Positions 1 to 7,517 of a stretch of DNA of 42,669 nt are shown one piece after another. A model generated the notes under the pieces. That model saw only the letters and a program-made list of their open reading frames with translations, did no database searches and had not been told where the DNA came from. Positions within the stretch are counted from its first letter, which is position 1, and each line of letters starts with the position of its first letter. The stretch is from a virus. The stretch covers positions 1-42,669 of IMG/VR virus record IMGVR_UViG_3300037311_000008; one strand, written 5' to 3'. The position numbers and the translations under genes were made by a program.

Positions 1-111
1 GAAGATGAGCTTGATTGGAACATTAACCCAAGCAGACAGTTTCTTTACTTTACAGACTTTAATGAAGCAGATCGCGCTAACTTAAATCTTGCCACTGACT
101 CCGCTGGCGGC
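1..111. repeat. Terminal direct repeat, copy 1 (identical to 42559..42669)
   Basis: Read directly: gaagatgagcttgattgg...gactccgctggcggc occurs at both window ends (111 nt, no mismatch seen). This indicates a circular or terminally redundant molecule. Confidence 0.95.
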
Positions 112-693
112 ACTGGCCACATTATGACAAACGACTCCACTTATGGAGCGAACACCACAGAGAATGCTTTCGGGTGCTTTGGAATGGTCACTGGCACTGG
201 AACAACTGCAAGAGCAGCAATGTATGGCTCAGGCATTCTTGTTGTCGGGAACAATAGAATAAAAACAGGAGCACGACTTGTGGTCGATCAGCTCTCTGTA
301 GCTGGAACTCCATATACACTTTATTTTGGCATTGGAGATCAATTCGGTTCAGCAGATCAAGACAATGGAGTTTATTTCCGATACACGCATTCAGTAAATA
401 GCGGATTATGGGAAGGTGTTGTTGCGGCTGGGGGCGTGAGATCAGCCGTTAACCTGACCGTAGGACCGACAGCATCTGTTTATCAGAAGCTCGAAATAGA
501 TATTAACGAAGCAGGAACTGAAGCTCAATTTTATATTGATGGAACTCTTCGCGGAACCATCAGCTCTGGTCTTCCTGGGGCTGGGCAATTTACACGTTTC
601 TTCTGGAAGATTGCAAAGTCAGCAGGAACAGGCTCTCCTTCGTATACTTGCGATTGGTTTTATATGAAGACTTTAAGGACTACAGACCGATGA
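1..693 (+). CDS. Tail fibre / receptor-binding protein, C-terminal part of a wrap-around gene (N-terminal part at 42298..42669)
   Basis: Frame 1 is open from nt 1 and continues the GTG-started ORF at 42298. Removing the duplicated 111 nt gives 42298..42669 + 112..693 = 317 aa. The C-terminal ~190 aa (..YQKLEIDINEAGTEAQFYIDGTLRG..) resembles a ConA/LamG-like beta-sandwich. The ORF-track entry 124..693 is only the part after an internal Met. Confidence 0.8.
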   Translation, partial: EDELDWNINPSRQFLYFTDFNEADRANLNLATDSAGGTGHIMTNDSTYGANTTENAFGCFGMVTGTGTTARAAMYGSGILVVGNNRIKTGARLVVDQLSVAGTPYTLYFGIGDQFGSADQDNGVYFRYTHSVNSGLWEGVVAAGGVRSAVNLTVGPTASVYQKLEIDINEAGTEAQFYIDGTLRGTISSGLPGAGQFTRFFWKIAKSAGTGSPSYTCDWFYMKTLRTTDR

Positions 694-944
694 TGAGAAA
701 GTACATAATAGTAAAAGAGAATGTCGTTAAAAAAGTCATTGTGTGTGATGACTCAACTCGCGTTGACCTTGCTCCAGAAGAGACGATTCATAAGGCTGAT
801 AAACTTAAGATCAAGGCAGGAGATTTCTTCTTCGTTGAGCCAGCAAAGCAGTCTCAAGAAGTTGAGCCTGTTATCGCTCTTCCTATTGGCGTGAACAAAA
901 AAACAAAGTGGCAGAAGTTTAAAGACTTCTTTCGGGGGAAATAA
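690..944 (+). CDS. Small fibre-associated protein (84 aa), paralogue of 41762..41962
   Basis: ATG at 690 overlaps the fibre stop (ATGA), with AAGGA 11 nt upstream. The N-terminus KYIIVKENVVKKVIVCDD parallels RVAVVFKNKIVKIGVVSD of the 66-aa ORF at 41762. Function unknown; the position suggests a fibre assembly or accessory role. Confidence 0.6.
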   Translation: MMRKYIIVKENVVKKVIVCDDSTRVDLAPEETIHKADKLKIKAGDFFFVEPAKQSQEVEPVIALPIGVNKKTKWQKFKDFFRGK

Positions 945-946
945 CT

Positions 947-1555
947 ATGTCATTTACAAAAACAAAAATATCAAACTTGGCTCTTTCTCATCTTGGCTCT
1001 TCAAAGACTATTGCGAACTTCGAGACTGAGAGATCAGCAGAAGCTAATGCCTGCCGTGAATACTTTGACACTGCTGTTGAAGAAGTGCTTCAGGGCTTTC
1101 ACTGGCCATTCGCTTCTAAGATTGCAGCACTTGCTTTGATCGAAGAACAGCCTTCTGCTGAATGGGGTTATGCTTATCAATACCCTACAGATTGTCTCGA
1201 TATCAGACGCATACTAAGTGGAACTCGGAATGATTCTAAAGACAGCGAAATTCAATATCGAATCTTTGGCGATAATGACGGAAAGCAGATTCACACTGAC
1301 AAAGATCAGGCTGAAGTAGAATATACCGTGAAACTAACAGACCCTTCCCGATTTCCTGCCGACTTTGCAATGGCTCTTTCATTTCTCCTTGCTGCTTATA
1401 TTGCGGCGAGAATAACTGGCGGAGACCCATTTAAAAAAGGACCGCAAGCTTATAATATGTTTCTTGCAAAGATGCCAAAGGCTCAAGCTCGCCAAGCCAA
1501 CGAAGCAAAGTATGACCGCGAACCCGAGAGCGAGTTCGAGAGAGCGAGACGCTAG
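947..1555 (+). CDS. Head-tail adaptor / tail tubular protein A-like (T7 gp11-like position and size)
   Basis: 202 aa. The N-terminus MSFTKTKISNLALSHLGSSKTIANFETERSAEANACREYFD..FHWPFA matches my memory of podovirus adaptor proteins. Synteny also fits: adaptor, nozzle, 3 internal proteins, fibre, as in T7 gp11-gp17. Confidence 0.55.
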   Translation: MSFTKTKISNLALSHLGSSKTIANFETERSAEANACREYFDTAVEEVLQGFHWPFASKIAALALIEEQPSAEWGYAYQYPTDCLDIRRILSGTRNDSKDSEIQYRIFGDNDGKQIHTDKDQAEVEYTVKLTDPSRFPADFAMALSFLLAAYIAARITGGDPFKKGPQAYNMFLAKMPKAQARQANEAKYDREPESEFERARR

Positions 1556-2115
1556 TGAAGCCAGTTCTTGCGATGTTCGATAATTTCTTTAATGAGCCGA
1601 AGCTGATTCTAGGAGCGGTCAGAAACTGTTCCTATTCCGATGTTGTGAATCCTGTTGATGGGGTTACATATCCAGGCATTTGTCTTGAAGTTCCTGAGCT
1701 TGTTCGAGAAACATTCATCGCACAATTATCTTCTCTTCTTGGTTACAACATAGAACCGAATTTTATCTTTGCTCGCAGAATGCCTGAAGGAGTTAAGAAC
1801 CCACATCAGGTCCATAGCGACATCAGCATGGGAAAGTATTCTGCTCATGTGTACGTTAATTTATTGTGGCCTGAAGGAGCCGGGACAGGATTCTACTCTC
1901 ATGATACTGAAGGACATCAGCAGACATTCTCAACAAAGATTGAGAACTTATCTTATTCGGGCTTTGATAAGTGGAGCAAGACGCTTTTCTGCCAAGGGAA
2001 ATATAACAGATGCCTCATTCACGACGCATCTTTCTTCCACTGTGCAGAACCAGCAGAAGGATTCGGTCAACATAAATATAACGCGAGAACAGTATTAACC
2101 TGTTTTTTTAACTAA
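1555..2115 (+). CDS. 2OG-Fe(II) oxygenase-like (double-stranded beta-helix) protein
   Basis: GTG start overlaps the upstream TAG by 1 nt. Candidate facial triad H87-x-D89 (QVHSDIS) and H162 (YNRCLIHDASFFHCAEP), with distal R178 (NARTV). The block SAHVYVNLLWPEGAGTGFYSHD resembles the DUF6445-type oxygenase family as I recall it. Confidence 0.6.
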   Translation: MKPVLAMFDNFFNEPKLILGAVRNCSYSDVVNPVDGVTYPGICLEVPELVRETFIAQLSSLLGYNIEPNFIFARRMPEGVKNPHQVHSDISMGKYSAHVYVNLLWPEGAGTGFYSHDTEGHQQTFSTKIENLSYSGFDKWSKTLFCQGKYNRCLIHDASFFHCAEPAEGFGQHKYNARTVLTCFFN

Positions 2116-2125
2116 GGAGAATAAA

Positions 2126-2434
2126 ATGAAGATGGCATCAATGGAGAAGTCGCAAGTTCAGAAAGTTGAAAACCAAGCTGTTGCTTGCGAGCCTGAGAAA
2201 TATCCCTATGGGCTTCGCATTCATCTCGATCATGAGACTGTTAAGAAGTTAGGACTTAAGACATTGCCTGGAGTTAAACAAAAATTCTACATCGAAGCTA
2301 TGGCTGAAGTGTGTGATGTACACGCGCATGAATCTGAAGGCGAAGAGAGAATCTCTATCGGCCTACAGATTTGTGAAATGGGAATGGAACCAGAAAAGAA
2401 GATGAGCGCATCAACACTTTACGAGGAGAAATAA
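2126..2434 (+). CDS. Small acidic conserved phage protein (YPYGLRI motif), function unknown
   Basis: 102 aa with AAGGAG RBS. The motif EKYPYGLRIHLDHETVKKLGLKTLPGV...ISIGLQICEMG recurs in virion-module proteins of other phages from memory. The family name is not recalled with certainty. Confidence 0.6.
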   Translation: MKMASMEKSQVQKVENQAVACEPEKYPYGLRIHLDHETVKKLGLKTLPGVKQKFYIEAMAEVCDVHAHESEGEERISIGLQICEMGMEPEKKMSASTLYEEK

Positions 2435-2644
2435 ATGTCAATTAAGAGACTGTCAAAAAAGTATGAGCCTACATTGCACGTTCACAGATACATTGTTGTT
2501 CTTGTGAAAGATGGCAACAAAAAATATAAATACGCAGTGAACTTAAAAGAAGTTCAGAAGTTCAAAGACTCTGCTTGCAAAGGCACAGTCATTGAAGTCT
2601 TCAAGGCACAGCACAATTTTGTTGCTGGATTCTATAAGGAGTAG
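2435..2644 (+). CDS. Hypothetical protein (69 aa, basic)
   Basis: The ORF starts 1 nt after the upstream stop, in the same orientation as the operon. No recognisable motif. Confidence 0.5.
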   Translation: MSIKRLSKKYEPTLHVHRYIVVLVKDGNKKYKYAVNLKEVQKFKDSACKGTVIEVFKAQHNFVAGFYKE

Positions 2645-2647
2645 TCA

Positions 2648-5266
2648 ATGAGTTTATTGTCACAGAGAAATTTAGCAGGCGGCGAATTAGCTCCAGCTCT
2701 CTATGCGAGAGTTGACACTATTAAGTATCAAACTGGAGTTCGCAAGGCTCGCAATGTGACAATTATTCGTTCTGGCGGAATGCAGAACAGACCAGGAACT
2801 CGCTTCATCGGAGAAGCAAAGCAGACAGGGATATCGACTTCTCCGCGCCTTATACCTTTCGTTTTTAACGCCGATCAAACTTATATGCTTGAGTTCGGCG
2901 ATGAGTATATGAGAGTTATCCGAAACGGAGCCTACATTCTTGGCGCGACAAAAAACATCACAGGAGCGACACAAGCTTCTCAAGTTGTTATAACGTCAAC
3001 AGCTCACGGCTACTCTAATGGTCAAGAAATTTATATTTCAGACATCGACGGAATGATTGAACTTAATGGTCAGAACTATCTTGTTAGTGATGTAACTGCC
3101 AACACATATAAATTAAAATACTTAGATGGAAGCTATGTCAACTCGACTGGCTTCACAGCTTATTCTGCGAATGGATTGTCTGCTGTGATTTATGAGATTG
3201 CAACTCCTTATTCTGTTGATGAATTGATGGATATTCAATTCGCTCAGAGTGGCGATATCATAACAATAGTGCATCCTAATTATTTCCCTTATGATCTTTC
3301 ACGTTTAGATCATGATGACTGGACTCTCGCGCCGAAGGTTCTTGAGCCATTGATAGGTATTCCTGCGAGTGTGAGCTTTACTGATGGAACAGGAACTCCT
3401 GTCATTTATAATTATCAATATCGAGTCTGCGCGGTCGATGCCGACACATACGAAGAAGGATTCTCTGGAGACTCTGCGACTCTTTCTGGAATCAACGAAC
3501 CAACATCAACACAGGTTCACACTGTCACATGGTCTTCGGTCGCAGGCGCGGCTTATTATAATATATATGTTGTTCGCTCTGGAAACATTGGCTTTGTTGG
3601 CTCTTCCACTACTACAACATTTATTAACTACGGAATCACTCCTGATTTTACAAAAACTCCCCCCATTGTTGACACATACTTCACTCCAGCAGAAGATCAA
3701 ATAAGACCTTCGTGCGTGAATTATGCTCAACAAAGATTGATCTTCGGAAATAATAATTATGTAGCAGGAACCCTTCAGCCGGAAGAGATAAGAACGTCTC
3801 GAACTGGTTTATATAATAACTTTTCAACTTCGATTCCACGTCAAGATTCTGATGGAATCAGATTTAGAATGGCAGGAAGACAGGTCAATGAGATCAGACA
3901 CATCCTTGATCTTAACCGTCTTGTCATTATGACTTCTGGCGGAGAGTTTACAATCGAAGGCGGAAATGGCGGAGTTCTAACTCCAAGCGATATTAACGTG
4001 AGACAATATTCTTATCATGGTTCATCTAAGAGACCGCCGATTGTCATTGATTCAAATGCAATTTTTGTTCAGGCGCGTGGTTCTATCGTTCGAGACTTTG
4101 GCTTCGACTATACTGTAGACGGATACAAGGGGAATGATTTAACTGTCTTCTCAACTCATCTATTTGATGGATATGAGATTTTAGACTGGGCTTATCAGAA
4201 GACACCTAACTCTGTTGTGTGGGCTGTGCGCGACGATGGGAAACTTATTTCTCTAACGTATATTCGAGAGCATCAAATATGGGGATGGACTCAACACGAC
4301 ACTGATGGCTTTGTTGAGCGAGTTAGTGTTATTCCAGAAGGTATAGAAGACACTTTATATATGGTCGTTCGCAGAAATGTAAACGGTCGAGAAGTGAAGT
4401 ATGTCGAAGCAATGGCGACTCGTTTTATTTCTGATGTAAAAGATATGGTCTTTATGGATTCCGCTCTATCTTATGACGGAAGAAATACAGACACAGGCCA
4501 TAATTTAAAAATAACTAATCTCGGCGGCTCATGGCTTGCTCTTGAGAATGTGGCAGTGGAATCAAGCGTTGCCATGTTTAATGCAGCAAGTGTCGGCCAG
4601 AAGCTTCAGATCACAAGCGCAGATGGAACGTCTTATGTAGTGTGTGAGATTGTCAGTATCTTCGATTCGCAGAATGCTGTTGTATCTCCAGACCGAGATG
4701 TGGCTTCTCCACTAAGAGCAATTAACACGACGAACTGGGTTCGCGCAGTTAGAACTATAAAAGGTCTTCGACATCTTGAAGGAAAGAACGTCTCTCTTCT
4801 GTGCGACGGCGATGTGGTCGGAAGTCCGAACAATCCTGATAACGTAGTTGTGACTGTAGCTAATGGACAGATAACTCTTGATGATGCTTATGGGGTCATT
4901 CATATAGGTCTGCCATATATTTCAGACATCGAGACTTTATCCATTGATTCGGCTAACTCTGAGTCTTTAGTGAATAAAAAGATTCTTATAAATCAAGTAT
5001 GGCTTCAGGTCGAAAAGACTCGCGGAATGTGGGCAGGGACTACTCCTGTGTCTGATAGTGCCGCAACAGCTATTGACGGATTGATTGAATTTAAGCTTAG
5101 AGATGATGAGAACTATGATGACCCTGTGGCTTTAAAGACTGGCGTGATGGACGTTGCCACAGAGTCAACTTTCAATGACAATGGGAGAGTGTTCTTAAGA
5201 CAAATTGACCCATTGCCAATGACGGTTTTAGGAATACATCCAGCAGGCGATATTCCAATTAGATAA
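2648..5266 (+). CDS. Tail tubular protein B / nozzle-like protein (T7 gp12-like position and size)
   Basis: 872 aa, directly upstream of the three internal-protein genes. The N-terminus MSLLSQRNLAGGELAPALYARVD..RLIPFVFNADQTYMLEFGDEYMRV resembles podovirus tail-tube proteins from memory. Nested ORFs in other frames are ignored. Confidence 0.6.
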   Translation: MSLLSQRNLAGGELAPALYARVDTIKYQTGVRKARNVTIIRSGGMQNRPGTRFIGEAKQTGISTSPRLIPFVFNADQTYMLEFGDEYMRVIRNGAYILGATKNITGATQASQVVITSTAHGYSNGQEIYISDIDGMIELNGQNYLVSDVTANTYKLKYLDGSYVNSTGFTAYSANGLSAVIYEIATPYSVDELMDIQFAQSGDIITIVHPNYFPYDLSRLDHDDWTLAPKVLEPLIGIPASVSFTDGTGTPVIYNYQYRVCAVDADTYEEGFSGDSATLSGINEPTSTQVHTVTWSSVAGAAYYNIYVVRSGNIGFVGSSTTTTFINYGITPDFTKTPPIVDTYFTPAEDQIRPSCVNYAQQRLIFGNNNYVAGTLQPEEIRTSRTGLYNNFSTSIPRQDSDGIRFRMAGRQVNEIRHILDLNRLVIMTSGGEFTIEGGNGGVLTPSDINVRQYSYHGSSKRPPIVIDSNAIFVQARGSIVRDFGFDYTVDGYKGNDLTVFSTHLFDGYEILDWAYQKTPNSVVWAVRDDGKLISLTYIREHQIWGWTQHDTDGFVERVSVIPEGIEDTLYMVVRRNVNGREVKYVEAMATRFISDVKDMVFMDSALSYDGRNTDTGHNLKITNLGGSWLALENVAVESSVAMFNAASVGQKLQITSADGTSYVVCEIVSIFDSQNAVVSPDRDVASPLRAINTTNWVRAVRTIKGLRHLEGKNVSLLCDGDVVGSPNNPDNVVVTVANGQITLDDAYGVIHIGLPYISDIETLSIDSANSESLVNKKILINQVWLQVEKTRGMWAGTTPVSDSAATAIDGLIEFKLRDDENYDDPVALKTGVMDVATESTFNDNGRVFLRQIDPLPMTVLGIHPAGDIPIR

Positions 5267-5275
5267 GGAGGAAAG

Positions 5276-5824
5276 ATGGCAGCAATAGGAATGGCGGTCG
5301 GAGCCGGAATCGGCGCGATGAACTCAATTTCAAATGCCTATGCTCAGTCACAGGCAATCAAAGCGCGAGCTACTTATCAGGCTACTATCGCAAAGATTAA
5401 CACTGAGATGTCTACAATGCAGGCGGAAGACTCAATTCGCCGTGGTGACATTGACGCTAGAAACTATCAGAAAGAAGTCGATCAGATGATTGGCTCTCAG
5501 CGCGTGGCGTATGCAGCTCAAGGGGTCGATGTGGACTTTGGTTCTGCCGCCGCAATTCAGGAAGAAACCAGAATGCAAGGCGCGATTGATGCTTTAAAGA
5601 TTCGCAATAATGCGTGGAGAGAAGCATGGGGTTATCGAGTGGAAGCTAACAATTCTACTTTCGCAGGAGAGTTCGCAAAGATCGAAGGCAAGAGCGCAGC
5701 TAAGCAGACTTTGTTGACAGGCGGAATGCAGGCTCTAAGTTATGGAGTGCAGGCTGCAAGCTACGCATCAAATTCAACGATGTTCGCTCCTACGAAGAAA
5801 AGCTCTGCCGGATACCAGAATTAA
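5276..5824 (+). CDS. Internal virion / ejection protein (T7 gp14-like position), N-terminal Gly/Ala membrane helix
   Basis: 182 aa with AAGGAGG RBS. MAAIGMAVGAGIGAMNSISNAYAQSQAIKARA is followed by helical repeats. The N-terminus is paralogous to 32987..33346. Confidence 0.6.
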   Translation: MAAIGMAVGAGIGAMNSISNAYAQSQAIKARATYQATIAKINTEMSTMQAEDSIRRGDIDARNYQKEVDQMIGSQRVAYAAQGVDVDFGSAAAIQEETRMQGAIDALKIRNNAWREAWGYRVEANNSTFAGEFAKIEGKSAAKQTLLTGGMQALSYGVQAASYASNSTMFAPTKKSSAGYQN

Positions 5825-5834
5825 GGGGGAATAG

Positions 5835-7517
5835 ATGCCAACAGTTCCAACACTAAACAGGCCAGTTCAAGATGCAGCTCTTCCTAATGCAAGAGTCAAA
5901 GACCTGACAAGCGTCGAGACCTTTGGCGGCGGCGAGAGAGTCGCTGCTGGCTTTCGCGCTTCCACTCAGCTCGCTCAGCAGGGCGCTGAGATCATAGAGA
6001 ATGAAGCCAAGAGAGCAGATCAAATTCAGCTAACTCAAGCTTATGCTGATGCGATGAAGGCTAAGAATGATCTTATGTATAACCCGAAGAGTGGCGCAGT
6101 CACTCGAAAGGGTCGTGATTCGTTTGGTGCTATGGAAGAGTATCTTCCGCAATTCGATCAAAGAATGCAGGAGATTGAAGACCGCCTTGGGAATGATCGA
6201 CAAAAAGGACTCTTTGCTGAGATAAAAACAAAACAGAAAGTTGATTTTGACGGCGATCTTCAGAGACACATTTTTAAAGAATCTCAAGAATACGATGCGG
6301 AGACATTAAAATATGGTCTCGATGCCGCTCGAGAAGATGCGCTTTTAAACTATCAGACTCCTGGAAAAGTAGGCGAAAGCATCTTTGCTCAAAAAGCTTT
6401 AGTGATGAACCATGCTAAGAACAATGGTCGATCTCCTGAGTGGACTGAGATGACATTGAAGAAGATTGAAAGCGACACACATAAGGATGTGATGGAGCGA
6501 ATGCTTGCTAACGGCGAAGACATGAAAGCCAGCATTTACTTTCAAACTGTAAAAGAATCTTTAACTGGAGACACAGCCACTGCACTTGAGAAGTCTTTAG
6601 AAGAAGGTTCTTTGCGTGGAAACTCTCAGCGCATTGTTGATGGGCTTGTTCAAAAACATGGTTCCTTGACTTCGGCCATGAGAGAAGTTCGTCAGATCGA
6701 AGACCCAAAGCTAAGAGACTACACACAAGATAGACTCAAGTCTGAGTTCTCTTTGCGTGAAGCTGAAAAGAAGAACTATATTGAGAACCTTGAACGAGGA
6801 GCTTATGACATCGTTGATAAAACTGGAGACCTTCGGCAGATTCCGCCGTCTCAATGGTCACAGTTCGATGGGGGAACTCGAGCGGCTTTAAAGAGATACG
6901 CTGAAGAAAAGCGTGGCGGCGGTTCTATTAAGACCGACATGGAAACATATTATAATTTGAAAGAGCTTGCTGGCGACCCTGCCACTAGGAAAGAATTTGA
7001 GAATCTTAATCTAATGAAGTTTAAAGATAAGCTTTCAGATGCAGATATGAAATCTTTTATCTCAGCTCAAACTGGCTCGAAGTCTGGAGATGGGAAAGCT
7101 AAGAAAGAGCTTGATGGCTGGCGCACAGATACGCAGATTGTTACTGATGCTTATTCAGCAATGGGCCTTGATAAAAAGTCGAAGTCTGGAAAAGAGAAAT
7201 ATCAGCAGTTTGCTAATCGTGTTGAGCAAGAGCAGATTGCAATGCAAGAGAAGCTTGGAAGAAAACTCAACAATACAGAGATGCAAGAAATAACTGACAA
7301 GCTTAAGATTCAAGTCATCACTGAAAAGGGATTCTTTTTTGATACAAAGAAGCGACTTTTTGAAGTTGACCCTAATGCTGGAGAATACGAAGTAACAGAA
7401 GTTCCACCAAAGGACCGCATGGAAATTGAGCGCGTTCTTCGCAAGTACAACAAGCCAGTGACTGAATCAGCTATCCTTGAGCTATTTACAAAGGGTTTAA
7501 ATAATGTCTCTAAATAA
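5835..7517 (+). CDS. Internal virion / ejection protein (T7 gp15-like position)
   Basis: 560 aa, highly charged and predicted helical. It lies between the small internal protein and the giant protein. No enzymatic motif seen. Confidence 0.55.
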   Translation: MPTVPTLNRPVQDAALPNARVKDLTSVETFGGGERVAAGFRASTQLAQQGAEIIENEAKRADQIQLTQAYADAMKAKNDLMYNPKSGAVTRKGRDSFGAMEEYLPQFDQRMQEIEDRLGNDRQKGLFAEIKTKQKVDFDGDLQRHIFKESQEYDAETLKYGLDAAREDALLNYQTPGKVGESIFAQKALVMNHAKNNGRSPEWTEMTLKKIESDTHKDVMERMLANGEDMKASIYFQTVKESLTGDTATALEKSLEEGSLRGNSQRIVDGLVQKHGSLTSAMREVRQIEDPKLRDYTQDRLKSEFSLREAEKKNYIENLERGAYDIVDKTGDLRQIPPSQWSQFDGGTRAALKRYAEEKRGGGSIKTDMETYYNLKELAGDPATRKEFENLNLMKFKDKLSDADMKSFISAQTGSKSGDGKAKKELDGWRTDTQIVTDAYSAMGLDKKSKSGKEKYQQFANRVEQEQIAMQEKLGRKLNNTEMQEITDKLKIQVITEKGFFFDTKKRLFEVDPNAGEYEVTEVPPKDRMEIERVLRKYNKPVTESAILELFTKGLNNVSK

